Shown here: one piece after another, positions 55,791 to 64,000 of the stretch
Numbering within the stretch: position 1 is the first letter of the stretch
Layout of the letters: each line of letters starts with the position of its first letter
Assembly (NCBI GenBank): GCA_021776785.1
Contig: JAJFFF010000044.1
Location: 150,578 to 214,577 of the forward strand
DNA: 64,000 bases
Direction: 5' to 3'
Origin: Planctomycetota bacterium
GTDB taxonomy: Bacteria > Planctomycetota > PLA2
Program-made: the position numbers and the translations under genes
Notes under the pieces: generated by a model
Told to the model about the DNA's origin: nothing
Seen by the model: only the letters and a program-made list of their open reading frames with translations
The model's database searches: none

Positions 55791-55960
55791 AAGCCAGCTC
55801 CAAGCGTGTTTGCAGAGCACAGTCGGCCCCCGTTAGCATCTCGGAAGCGCCGAAAACAGAGGTTTAGACCCTGTTTTGGCTATTACGGACGATAAATTGC
55901 CGAAGTCTGGTGGCCCGATTCTGTCTTAACCGATGGAAAAGATATGGAGACGACCCCACC

Positions 55961-56641
55961 ATGACTATGGTCGCTTCAGGAATCTCATCGATCGTTGCAG
56001 AGATTCGCTCCGAGGTACGGACGTGTTCTCTGTGTCCGGGCATGGCCCCGCACGAGAAGGTCCCTGCCTCCGGTTGGGGCACGATCGATACCGGCTACAT
56101 GTTGGTCGGGGAAGCGCCCGGGCGCGACGGCAACGACGGCACGGCATTCCAGACGCCAGCCGGCCTTGTTGTGCGCGAAGCGTTGGCCGCGGTCGGACAC
56201 GCGCGCTATCGAACACTCGAAGACCTGTTCTATCTAACGCACGCAGTGCGCTGCGTTCCCCCCGTGCGCAAGAGCCGCAAGAAAAAGGGAGCGCCGAAAG
56301 CCAAAGCGGATGCGGCCGACGACGCGATCACACGCTTGCGTCCGCCGTCGCGTAAGGAGTGTTTGACGTGCCGTCCATTCCTTCAATTGGAACGGCGCGC
56401 GCTCCATCCCAAGCTTACGATCACGTTGGGCCTTCACGCGGCCACCGCTGTGCTCGGTCGTCCGATTCGCATGGATGAGTCGCATGGGCGCCGCTGGCGC
56501 TTGCGAGACGGTGAACTGCTCACGCTGATCTCGACGTCGCCGCACAATCGCCGCGCACTCAGCCGGCTGGACATGTCGTTTGACGGCTACCGGCGTTGGT
56601 TGACCGGATTGTTCGGCGCGCTGATCGACGAACTTACGTAG
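55961..56641 (+). CDS. Uracil-DNA glycosylase superfamily protein (family 4/5-like)
   Basis: ORF 55910-56641 trimmed to ATG 55961. CSLCPG and LVGEAPGRDG motifs. Confidence 0.65.
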   Translation: MTMVASGISSIVAEIRSEVRTCSLCPGMAPHEKVPASGWGTIDTGYMLVGEAPGRDGNDGTAFQTPAGLVVREALAAVGHARYRTLEDLFYLTHAVRCVPPVRKSRKKKGAPKAKADAADDAITRLRPPSRKECLTCRPFLQLERRALHPKLTITLGLHAATAVLGRPIRMDESHGRRWRLRDGELLTLISTSPHNRRALSRLDMSFDGYRRWLTGLFGALIDELT

Positions 56642-56648
56642 CCGTCGC

Positions 56649-57191
56649 TTACCGGCGGTCGGGATCCGGATCGCGCTGCAGGTGCGCAAGCAACCGGTCC
56701 AGATCCTGATCGTCATCGGCCGGCGCCAACCCGACCAGGAGGTCGCGGTTTAACCCGACGTCATGCAGCCGGTCATGAATTTGCCGCCGTGTGCGCGCGT
56801 AGACTTTGGACTCGAAAGCGTCGTCCAGCATGTTTGTGAGCGCGGCAATCACGACGCAGATCAACGCATAGGTCCACCAATTCGCGAACCCTGGGTACAA
56901 CATCAAGAGCAGCACGCACAGTCCCGCGGCGACCAACAGCGCCGCGAGGTACGCCCCACACCCCAACGTGTCGTTCATCTGCTGATTCACGCTGCGCAAG
57001 AAGCCATACAGCTCCGGATGGTCGCGGCGCAGGTCCTGATGCAGGTGTGCGTCGCGATGGAGCGTCGCTGATCCGGAGCGCTTCACGATGGTCCACGTCG
57101 CCCCCTCCGGCATGTGCCCGGCTAGGTCCTCCGCCAACTGTTCGATGCGGGGGTCGTCGTCGCTACTCAAGCCAGTCGGCAACAAAGACAT
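56649..57191 (-). CDS. Membrane protein, unknown function
   Basis: C-terminal part of ORF 56649-57464. Start candidates are ATG 57191 (29-nt overlap with the upstream gene) or ATG 57113. Two TM segments (AYLAALLVAAGLCVLLLML, WWTYALICVVIAAL). Confidence 0.5.
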   Translation of the reverse strand: MSLLPTGLSSDDDPRIEQLAEDLAGHMPEGATWTIVKRSGSATLHRDAHLHQDLRRDHPELYGFLRSVNQQMNDTLGCGAYLAALLVAAGLCVLLLMLYPGFANWWTYALICVVIAALTNMLDDAFESKVYARTRRQIHDRLHDVGLNRDLLVGLAPADDDQDLDRLLAHLQRDPDPDRR

Positions 57192-58332
57192 TGGTGTCGT
57201 AGGGGTTGTCGTTGTAGCGGTTCGAACAGAACACGAGTTTTTTGCCGTCGCGCGTGAACATCGGGAAGCCGTCGAAGTCGTCGCTTCGGTGCGGGTTCGG
57301 CCCCTTGCGCGCGAAGTACGTGACCTGTTCGATCTCTCCGGTAACGGTGTCGATGATGAACAGGTCGAAGTTGCTTTTTCTCTCGCTCGGATCCTTGTAG
57401 TTGGACGCGAAGATGATGCGGCGGTTGTCCGGATGCCAAAACGGCGCGAAGTTGGCGGCACCATTCTTCGTGATCTGCTTCTTGTTCGAACCGTCTGCGT
57501 CCGCGATCCAAATCTCCAAGCGCCTAGGCTTCACGAGGCCCATCTTGAGCAGCGGATGGTAATCGTCGGACAGGTCGCCTTCGCCCGGCGCCCGCCAAAC
57601 GATCTTCTTCCCATCCCACGAGAAAAACGCGCCGCCGTCGTAGCCCGGCCGGTTCGTGAGTCGTTTCACATCCTCGCCGCCGATGCTCATCGAGTACAGC
57701 TCGAGGTCGCCGTCGCGCATCGACGTAAAGATCATGCGGTCGCCAGTCGGGGAGACCGTCGCTTCCGCGTCGTAACCCGGCGATTTCGTGATGTTTTTGG
57801 GGTTCGTGCCGTCCGCATTCGCGACGTAGATTTCATACGAATCGTAGATCGCCCAAACGTAGCCGCGCGAGCGATCCGGCGGCGGCGGCGGTGCATCGGC
57901 CTTACCGTGCGTCGAGGCGTACACGATGTGTTTGTCGCCGGGCAAGAAGTACGCGCACGTCGTGCGCCCCTTGCCGGTCGAAACGAGCTTCACGCTGCTT
58001 CCGTCCGGACGCATCGTGAAAATCTGATCGACCTTGTACGGCGGGCGCGTCGATTGAAAGATCAGCTGCTTCTCGTCGAAAGACCAATACGCCTCGGCGT
58101 TTTCGAACTTGGGTTTGCCGATCTTGAGATCGTCTCCCTCGACGCCCGGTCGGACTTCGGCGCGACCGTCCGCGCCACGAAACGTAATCTGATGAACATT
58201 GCGCAGGTGCGACTCGCCCGGATACGTAGCGCGGATTTTAAAGCTCCGCGGCGGAATCTTTTGCGGCTCCTCTTTGTCGGAGCACCCCACCAGTGCGGCG
58301 AGGGCGAACAGAGGTACTAAGACACGCATCAT
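57163..58332 (-). CDS. TolB-like (PD40/WD40-like) beta-propeller lipoprotein
   Basis: ORF 57163-58386 trimmed to ATG 58332 (MMRVLVPLFALAALVGCS). Recurrent PD40-type motifs (SPTGDRMIFTS, SWDGKKIVW, WHPDNRRIIFAS, FTRDGKKLVFCS). Confidence 0.75.
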   Translation of the reverse strand: MMRVLVPLFALAALVGCSDKEEPQKIPPRSFKIRATYPGESHLRNVHQITFRGADGRAEVRPGVEGDDLKIGKPKFENAEAYWSFDEKQLIFQSTRPPYKVDQIFTMRPDGSSVKLVSTGKGRTTCAYFLPGDKHIVYASTHGKADAPPPPPDRSRGYVWAIYDSYEIYVANADGTNPKNITKSPGYDAEATVSPTGDRMIFTSMRDGDLELYSMSIGGEDVKRLTNRPGYDGGAFFSWDGKKIVWRAPGEGDLSDDYHPLLKMGLVKPRRLEIWIADADGSNKKQITKNGAANFAPFWHPDNRRIIFASNYKDPSERKSNFDLFIIDTVTGEIEQVTYFARKGPNPHRSDDFDGFPMFTRDGKKLVFCSNRYNDNPYDTNVFVADWLE

Positions 58333-58333
58333 C

Positions 58334-61300
58334 TCACTCCGTGGGACGCGGGAACTCGGGACTGATAAACAGGGGCGGCGGCGCAAGCGGGTCGTCAGCC
58401 GGAGGCGCTAACGCGGCGCGCCGCGCCTTAAGCCCCGGATACGAAGCATCCACGGCCTCGACTTCGGTGAGGCACGCGCGGGCGTTGTGTCGATCGCCGT
58501 TGTCTAAATACGACTCGGCCAAAAGCATGCGGGCCGCGCGTCCGACTTCTGTGTCCGCGCCAGCCGTCTCACGCACGCGCTCCAGGACCTGCGCGGCGGC
58601 GTCGAAGCGACCGGCCGCGTGCAAGGCCACGCCCACAAGGTAGCGCGGTCCTAAACCGGTCGGGTTGGCGGCACGCGCCGCTTGCGCAACTTCGACGGCT
58701 TCCTGCGCGCGGCCGAGGCGGACGAACCGCCCCACCGCATCGCAGGCGCGGGCGAAGTCGCCCTGCACATCGACGCTGGCCGCTTCGGCCTTCGCGAGTT
58801 CCCGCTTGCGATGACGCGCACGGAGATACTCGTAGTAGCGGCGTTCCAACAAGTCGTGCTTGGACGCCTCGTCAAAGTCGTCGAAGGCGTCGTCGTCCAA
58901 TTGCTGCGATGCGTACGAATCGCCGCGGCCAAGCAGGAGCGGAACGCGCAGCTCCGTCGTCGGATCGGCCGCGAGTCCCTGCGTGAACGACTCGACGGCG
59001 CGGACGTGATCGCCCAAGAACTCCGCGTGCGTGGTGCCGACGGCAAGCCACAGCAGCGCGGGGTGCTTGGAACGCGGCGCCGCTTCCGAGATCGCCGTAA
59101 TCGCGCCGGACGCGCGGCTTCGGTCGACTTCGACCGCGGCACGAAAGTGTCGCACCGCGTCGTCCGCCTCGTCGCCCGCCAGGTGCGCTTCGGCGACGGC
59201 GAAGTGCGCTTCGGGCGCAAACGCGTCCAAGTCCAGCGCCTTGCGCAATAACTCGACGCACTCGCGGCGCACGCCCGGTCGCAGGCGCCGCGCGTAGATC
59301 AGGTGTTCGGTCGCCTGCTTCGCGTTGCGCATGTCCAGCGCCACTTTGGCGAGAAAGATTCGAACGGCCGCATCGTCCGCACGCACGAGCAACTTCTCGG
59401 CCGCCGCGATGATCTGGTCCTTGCTCGTGACATCCGCGTCATACAAACGCTGTAACGCCGCCAGCGCATCGGCGGTGCGCTCCATCGCGTCGTACGTTTC
59501 GGCCAACGCAAAATCCGCGGCCGGGCGCGCCTGCCCGGAGTCGATGATGCCGTCCAGCGCTTGCGCCGCCTGGGCGCGCGCTTTCTTGTCGGCGCGCACC
59601 AAATCCGAGAGCGCGCGCACCGCTTCTTCGGTGCGCCCCAACTGCAGGAGCATCTTGGAACGCAAAATCAGCAGCGGAGAACGCTTGTCGTCGCCGATGG
59701 CCCGGATGGCGCGATCGGCGCCGTCGCTGACACGGTCGGGCAGGCTCTCGAGCGTGGCGCACGCGGTATCGATGTCACCCTTCTCGAGGGCGCGCTTGGC
59801 TAGCTGCGCGAGGTCGTCGGAGATGGCGGACGGATCCGCATCGCTGCAGTCGAACCGGCGCAAGTGAGCGTGCGCGGCGTCCGAGAGTTTGTCGAGTCCA
59901 ATCAGTGCTGCGGCGCGCGCACGGTGCCCGGCTTGAAGATCGCTCGCGTCCTTGACGATGCGGTCCAATCGCTCCAGCCGCTGCGCCGGATCGGTCGGAT
60001 GCCGCTCGGCCTCTTGAATCGCTTGTCGAAATTGCTTTCGCGTCACATGGATGTCGACACGGCCCAGCGTCGCCGACCCGGGGGCGCCCCGTTCCGCCAA
60101 TTCGCCGAGGAGTTCAAACGCTTCATCCAGCTCGGCCGCGTTGGCGGGAATCGAGCGCAAGTCGCGCACGGCGTCTTCATCGCGCTGAAGGGCTTGCAAG
60201 ATCTTGCCGCGCACGAGGCGCCCTTGAGCCAATCGCGGCGACGCGCTGAGCAACGAGTCGGCGAGCTTGATCAGGACACGCGGATCATCGCCCGCATCCC
60301 GACGCGCCTCCACCAAACCGACGGCGACCTCGCCCTTACCCTGTTCGATCAACACGTCAGCGAGCACGCGCCCCGCCGATCCGTGCCGGCTCGCTTCACG
60401 CGCCAGACCCTGCACGTTGTCGCTCACGCCTTTGAAGAGTCGCCGCGCCCGATTCGCATCCCCGAGCGCCAGCGCCGTTCGGAAATTCACGCTCTGAAAG
60501 TCGCGATCGTCCAGCAACTGTTTGCCACGCAGCAGGTTCTCGACGAGCTTGCCGGTCGCCTCGTCCAACGGGAGGCGCGACAAAAGATCCGCCGCCTGTT
60601 TTTTCTGCCCCTGCTTGAGCAACGAGGTCGCGCTCTGCAGTGCGGTCTCCGGTGAAACCGATGAGCCCGACAACTGCTTGCCGAGTTCCGCCAAAAGATC
60701 CGTATCGCCCTGCGCGGCCTGGAACATCCACTCCGCGTGGTCCGCGACGGCATCAAACTCCTCGGCCACATCGGCGGCGCGACGCAGAAGCACGGCGTCC
60801 TTGTGGCCGGCATCGGCCCAACCGCGCGCCATGTCGAGATGGTCGGACGCTTCGATCAACTTCGCGGCGGACCCGGTATCGCCGCCCGTCAGCAGCACAC
60901 GCCCGTAGGCGCCGCGCAAATCCGCGCGATCCGGCGCGACCTTTAACAGCATCGGCGCCGCGCGTGTCCATGCGTCGTCGCGGCCACCCGCATCGACCTC
61001 AAGCAACGCGTCGACCGCGCCCGCAACCTGCGCCGGGTCGGAACTCAATCCGGCCGCCACCACGCAACCGCGCACGGCGGGGGCCGCGCGCCACGCGCCC
61101 GATTTCTCGGTGAGCAACTTCGCCATCGGCGCGGCGCAATCGGGCGCCTCCGACACGAGTCCTTCGAGAACACGACAGGCGTTCTTCGCTTTGTTCGTCA
61201 ACAGGAGCGCCAACCCACGCAACGCCTTGCCGGAATTCCCGTCCGAGCGGCTGCGATTGGCGACGCCGACGATGTGATCGTCCGAAGCCGTGCCGGCCGC

Positions 61301-62053
61301 GTCGAGTAAGTGGTTGAGCGAGTCCTGGTGCAACGCGATTTCGAGGCGTTCATCGCCTGCGACGTTCGCCGCCGTCCACGTCCATAGCTCTTCAGGATTC
61401 TCTTCGAACGCGCGGCCCGCAAACTCCAGGAAGCGATCCTTGTCGCCGTTTTTTTGCGCGTGCTGCGCGAGCACATAGTGAACGGCGCCATCCCCGCGAT
61501 CGGAGTCGTGCAGCACCTGCGCAACGCCGGCGAGAAGTTCGGCCCCCTGCGGATTCGACAGCAAGCGGTCGGCGAGTTTCATCCGATCGGTCTTGACCAA
61601 TCCGGTGCTCGCGAGCAAGAAGATAGCGGTCGCGCCAACCACGTCCTTTCGGTCGAGCAGCGCTTTGGTGCGCGCTTGGCCGTCAATGTTGCCGCCTTCG
61701 ACTAAAGCTGTGAGATGTCGCAAGGCGCCCTTGAAGTCCTTGTGCTCGACGGCCAGTTCCCAAACGACATCGCGCACGTCGTGGTCATGGCGGTTGTGAC
61801 GCAGGTGCGCTTCGGCATTCTTGAGCGCGGCCGGCACGCGCGCCGGCGCCGAACTAGCGAGCGCAAAGAGTTGGTCCGCCGCTTCGCCGCCGCCGCCTTC
61901 GGCGAGCAGCAACTCGAACACGACCTCATCCATCGCGGCGCTGGTGTGACCGGCCTTGTGCGCTTTCTCCAGGGCCTTGCGGGCGGGCTTGAGTTTCCCT
62001 TTCGCCAGATAGCCGCGAATGTCGCCGACGAATTGTGTCGCTGACTTAGCCAT
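58334..62053 (-). CDS. Giant TPR/helical-repeat protein (1239 aa)
   Basis: One uninterrupted ORF, Ala/Leu/Asp/Arg-rich with recurrent TPR-like A..A/L..G..D.A units. 8-nt overlap with the upstream RING-TPR gene and 1-nt gap to the TolB-like gene. Confidence 0.7.
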   Translation of the reverse strand: MAKSATQFVGDIRGYLAKGKLKPARKALEKAHKAGHTSAAMDEVVFELLLAEGGGGEAADQLFALASSAPARVPAALKNAEAHLRHNRHDHDVRDVVWELAVEHKDFKGALRHLTALVEGGNIDGQARTKALLDRKDVVGATAIFLLASTGLVKTDRMKLADRLLSNPQGAELLAGVAQVLHDSDRGDGAVHYVLAQHAQKNGDKDRFLEFAGRAFEENPEELWTWTAANVAGDERLEIALHQDSLNHLLDAAGTASDDHIVGVANRSRSDGNSGKALRGLALLLTNKAKNACRVLEGLVSEAPDCAAPMAKLLTEKSGAWRAAPAVRGCVVAAGLSSDPAQVAGAVDALLEVDAGGRDDAWTRAAPMLLKVAPDRADLRGAYGRVLLTGGDTGSAAKLIEASDHLDMARGWADAGHKDAVLLRRAADVAEEFDAVADHAEWMFQAAQGDTDLLAELGKQLSGSSVSPETALQSATSLLKQGQKKQAADLLSRLPLDEATGKLVENLLRGKQLLDDRDFQSVNFRTALALGDANRARRLFKGVSDNVQGLAREASRHGSAGRVLADVLIEQGKGEVAVGLVEARRDAGDDPRVLIKLADSLLSASPRLAQGRLVRGKILQALQRDEDAVRDLRSIPANAAELDEAFELLGELAERGAPGSATLGRVDIHVTRKQFRQAIQEAERHPTDPAQRLERLDRIVKDASDLQAGHRARAAALIGLDKLSDAAHAHLRRFDCSDADPSAISDDLAQLAKRALEKGDIDTACATLESLPDRVSDGADRAIRAIGDDKRSPLLILRSKMLLQLGRTEEAVRALSDLVRADKKARAQAAQALDGIIDSGQARPAADFALAETYDAMERTADALAALQRLYDADVTSKDQIIAAAEKLLVRADDAAVRIFLAKVALDMRNAKQATEHLIYARRLRPGVRRECVELLRKALDLDAFAPEAHFAVAEAHLAGDEADDAVRHFRAAVEVDRSRASGAITAISEAAPRSKHPALLWLAVGTTHAEFLGDHVRAVESFTQGLAADPTTELRVPLLLGRGDSYASQQLDDDAFDDFDEASKHDLLERRYYEYLRARHRKRELAKAEAASVDVQGDFARACDAVGRFVRLGRAQEAVEVAQAARAANPTGLGPRYLVGVALHAAGRFDAAAQVLERVRETAGADTEVGRAARMLLAESYLDNGDRHNARACLTEVEAVDASYPGLKARRAALAPPADDPLAPPPLFISPEFPRPTE

Positions 62054-63227
62054 CGGCGGCCTCCTCCACGTCGCGGGTACTGACGTCCGCCACCGACAGC
62101 GCTAGCGCCGCGGCGTCGGGCGCGGCATCGCCGGTACGGCGCGCGCGCAGATCTTCAAGCGCGGCCGCCGCGGCGGAATGCCACGGATCTTCCGCCAACG
62201 TTTGGTTGAGCAGATCGACCGCGTCTTCGGAACGTCCGACGGCGTACGCTGTGCAGGCGCGGGCGTAGGCGAGCTCCGCGCGCAGGAGCGGGTTGTTGGG
62301 TTGCGGTGCGTCGCGTAGCAGGTCTTCCGCGACTTGCGGTTCTCCCGCACGCATGCGCAACGACGCGAGCGTGATGCGACATGGCGTGTAGCTAGCGTTT
62401 TGCGCGAGCACTTTCTCCAACACTTCGATCGCCTCGTTCGGTTTGCCGGCCTTCACATAAGACGTCGCGAGATCGTTCGCTACCGACTCGTCGTATCCGC
62501 GGCGCAACGCCTGCGTCAACATGTTGACGGCAGCACCGGGGCGTCCGTCCCGCAACGCGGCGCGCGCGGCAAGGCGTGACTCGCGCCGCCCGCGGACCTG
62601 TTCGCCGACACCGGAGGCCTCCACCGCCGCCGCGAGCCGATCGAATCCGGCCGCCGCCGCTTGCTGGTCGCCGCCCAAGCCTTCGATGGATTTCTGCACG
62701 GCGCGCAAAAGCTCGGCGACGATCTCCAGGCGCTTCGAACTGTTCTCCTGACTCTTTAACAGCTCCTTGATGACTTTCTCGGAGCCGCGGGTCGCCGTCG
62801 CCACCGCGTTCAGGATCTGAACCGACTGCTTCGACGAGGAGCCTACGACGTGCTGGAGCAGCCGCCGTGTCTGGCGCCCGGCGTGGCGCACCGATGCCAA
62901 AACGTGCGGGATCTGGTCCATCCCGTTGGGCCACGAGATATTGAGGGGCCCTTGGTCCTGGCTGTCGTTGCCGTCGCGCCGGCTCGAGCGAGGCGACGTC
63001 GGCGCCGGCCCGAACTGGACGCGCAACTCCTTAATATTGGGAGAGGCAATGTCAGAAGCCTTGCCCGGACACCCGTACATCGTGCATTTCTCGTTCGCCG
63101 CAAACCAACACTTGGTGTGGTACGGCGCCGAACACGTACGACAGCGCGCGAGTTTCGGATCCTTCTCGTCGACCATGATCGGTCGATCGCAATAGACGCA
63201 GATCTCGCCGGTGAAGATCGTCACCAA
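62046..63227 (-). CDS. Prokaryotic RING-finger (Prok-RING_1-like) protein with C-terminal TPR repeats
   Basis: 393 aa. N-terminal Cys/His cluster CVYCDRPI...ARCRTCSAPYHTKCW...CTMYGCPG. C-terminal TPR units. The start is TTG 63227 or GTG 63224. Confidence 0.65.
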   Translation of the reverse strand: MVTIFTGEICVYCDRPIMVDEKDPKLARCRTCSAPYHTKCWFAANEKCTMYGCPGKASDIASPNIKELRVQFGPAPTSPRSSRRDGNDSQDQGPLNISWPNGMDQIPHVLASVRHAGRQTRRLLQHVVGSSSKQSVQILNAVATATRGSEKVIKELLKSQENSSKRLEIVAELLRAVQKSIEGLGGDQQAAAAGFDRLAAAVEASGVGEQVRGRRESRLAARAALRDGRPGAAVNMLTQALRRGYDESVANDLATSYVKAGKPNEAIEVLEKVLAQNASYTPCRITLASLRMRAGEPQVAEDLLRDAPQPNNPLLRAELAYARACTAYAVGRSEDAVDLLNQTLAEDPWHSAAAAALEDLRARRTGDAAPDAAALALSVADVSTRDVEEAADG

Positions 63228-63635
63228 TCAACCCCCAGAGGGTGCGGTTGGCCCCGGTCCCCACCGCCCTTTTGCCCTGCGAACCAGTTCCGCAAAACCT
63301 TGGGCGAGGCGACCACCGCATCGGAGCCCGACACTCTATCAAGTCCGGGCTTGCGGCCCCACAACCTCCGGTGTTCGTTCGCCAACGCCCCAACAGTGCC
63401 GCCACCGCGGGCCGCGTCCCGCCCGGCCGCGGGGTCGACGGATTGGTACGCGGCCGGCCGGGCCCGATGCAGCTCCGCCTTCGAGCCATCCGAGACCCGC
63501 GCCGCCATGTCGCCCTCCAGCCGGAAGCTGGCCCGCCGAAAAGGAGGGGGCGGATCGGCCCGAATGGCGTTGAGATGCGGAATCGACGCTGGTTCCGGCT
63601 ACCCTTAGCAGTCGGGAAGCGTATCTCTGAGTCGT

Positions 63636-64000
63636 ATGGGATCGAACTATGTCCTCCTCGTCGCGTCGGGCAAGCTCCGGCGTGAAATTCCGGTTGGAGA
63701 GACTCCGCTCGTGTTGGGGCGGGGTCCGACGGCGAACGTGCGCCTTCCCGACGACTATTGCTCGCGCGAGCACGCTAAATTTTTCGAGCGCGAGGGCGCG
63801 CTGTTTGTCGAGGATATGGGCGCTCGCAACGGCGTTTTCGTGGCCGGCGAGCGGGTGCTCTTGGATCGGCGGCTCACGGACGGGGACGAGGTCAAGCTCG
63901 GGCGCACGATCGTCTTGGTGCGAAAAGCTCTCGTGCCCTCCACCAACACCAATCTCGGCGAGGGCGAGATCGCGGACACAGCGACCAAGGATCTGGGCCC
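63636..64000 (+). CDS. FHA-domain protein (3' end beyond the window)
   Basis: Not in the ORF track because there is no stop. My translation from ATG 63636 gives MGSNYVLLVASGKLRREIPVGETPLVLGRGPTANVRLPDDYCSREHAKFFEREGALFVEDMGARNGVFVAGERV..., which carries the canonical FHA G-R...S-R-x-H...N-G pattern. Confidence 0.75.
   Translation, partial: MGSNYVLLVASGKLRREIPVGETPLVLGRGPTANVRLPDDYCSREHAKFFEREGALFVEDMGARNGVFVAGERVLLDRRLTDGDEVKLGRTIVLVRKALVPSTNTNLGEGEIADTATKDLG

Noticed and set aside
55850-55880. Weak hairpin AAAACAG-N11-CTGTTTT downstream of gene 54798-55790, considered as an intrinsic terminator.
   Set aside because: The stem is only 7 bp, AT-rich and without a clear U-tract, so it is not strong enough to call.
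1-64000. Mobile elements, prophage, CRISPR arrays, tRNA/rRNA genes and classical defence systems.
   Set aside because: Reading the translated track and the intergenic regions, I recognised no transposase, integrase, phage, Cas, restriction or toxin-antitoxin signature and no spaced direct-repeat array. The intergenic spacers are short and lack tRNA-like cloverleaf candidates.

Overview
High-GC, gene-dense bacterial chromosomal segment with about 58 genes on both strands. I recognised no rRNA, tRNA, CRISPR array, transposase or integrase. The gene content resembles a Planctomycetota- or Myxococcota-like organism: several Ser/Thr kinases fused to WD40 or TPR, four ECF sigma factors, a Bat/MoxR operon, FG-GAP and TPR proteins, and PEP-CTERM-type EPS genes. 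The taxon cannot be established from this window alone.

Layout:
- (i) 1-18.5 kb: exosortase-A/PEP-CTERM-type exopolysaccharide locus. It holds an acyl-CoA ligase, ACP, GNAT, EpsH1-type glycosyltransferase, two deacetylases, FemAB-like protein, O-antigen-ligase-like protein, GT4, a second GNAT and two AsnB-family amidotransferases. A carbamoyltransferase/SxtJ/DUF5989/SGNH cassette follows. No exosortase gene is in the window.
- (ii) 18.7-25.6 kb: hsp20 with a clean intrinsic terminator, wecB, a secreted HExxH protein, and rfbD-rfbB-rfbA-rfbC (dTDP-rhamnose).
- (iii) 25.6-45 kb: a signalling island. It contains a PknK-like kinase-STAND-TPR protein and a five-gene minus-strand ECF operon (C25-like peptidase, membrane-tethered ECF sigma, LanC-like gene, beta-propeller lipoprotein, second ECF sigma). 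It also contains an FG-GAP protein gene and a kinase-WD40 gene translationally coupled to another ECF sigma.
- (iv) 45-52.4 kb: MoxR-DUF58-BatA-BatB-BatC-BatD operon.
- (v) 52.4-64 kb: thioredoxin-fold/helical-repeat protein, UDG-like protein, TolB-like lipoprotein, a 1239-aa TPR protein, a Prok-RING/TPR protein and an FHA protein (cut by the window end).

Most notable observations:
1. The N-terminal third of the LanC-like gene is encoded on the opposite strand, head-to-head with the rest of the gene. This looks like an intragenic inversion of about 290 bp.
2. The FG-GAP gene is interrupted by a single in-frame TGA followed immediately by a SECIS-like hairpin.
3. An ECF sigma factor is fused to a transmembrane helix and extracytoplasmic beta-sandwich domains.
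4. There is a Prok-RING/TPR/FHA cluster.

Many long ORFs in the track are antisense shadows typical of high-GC DNA and were not called.
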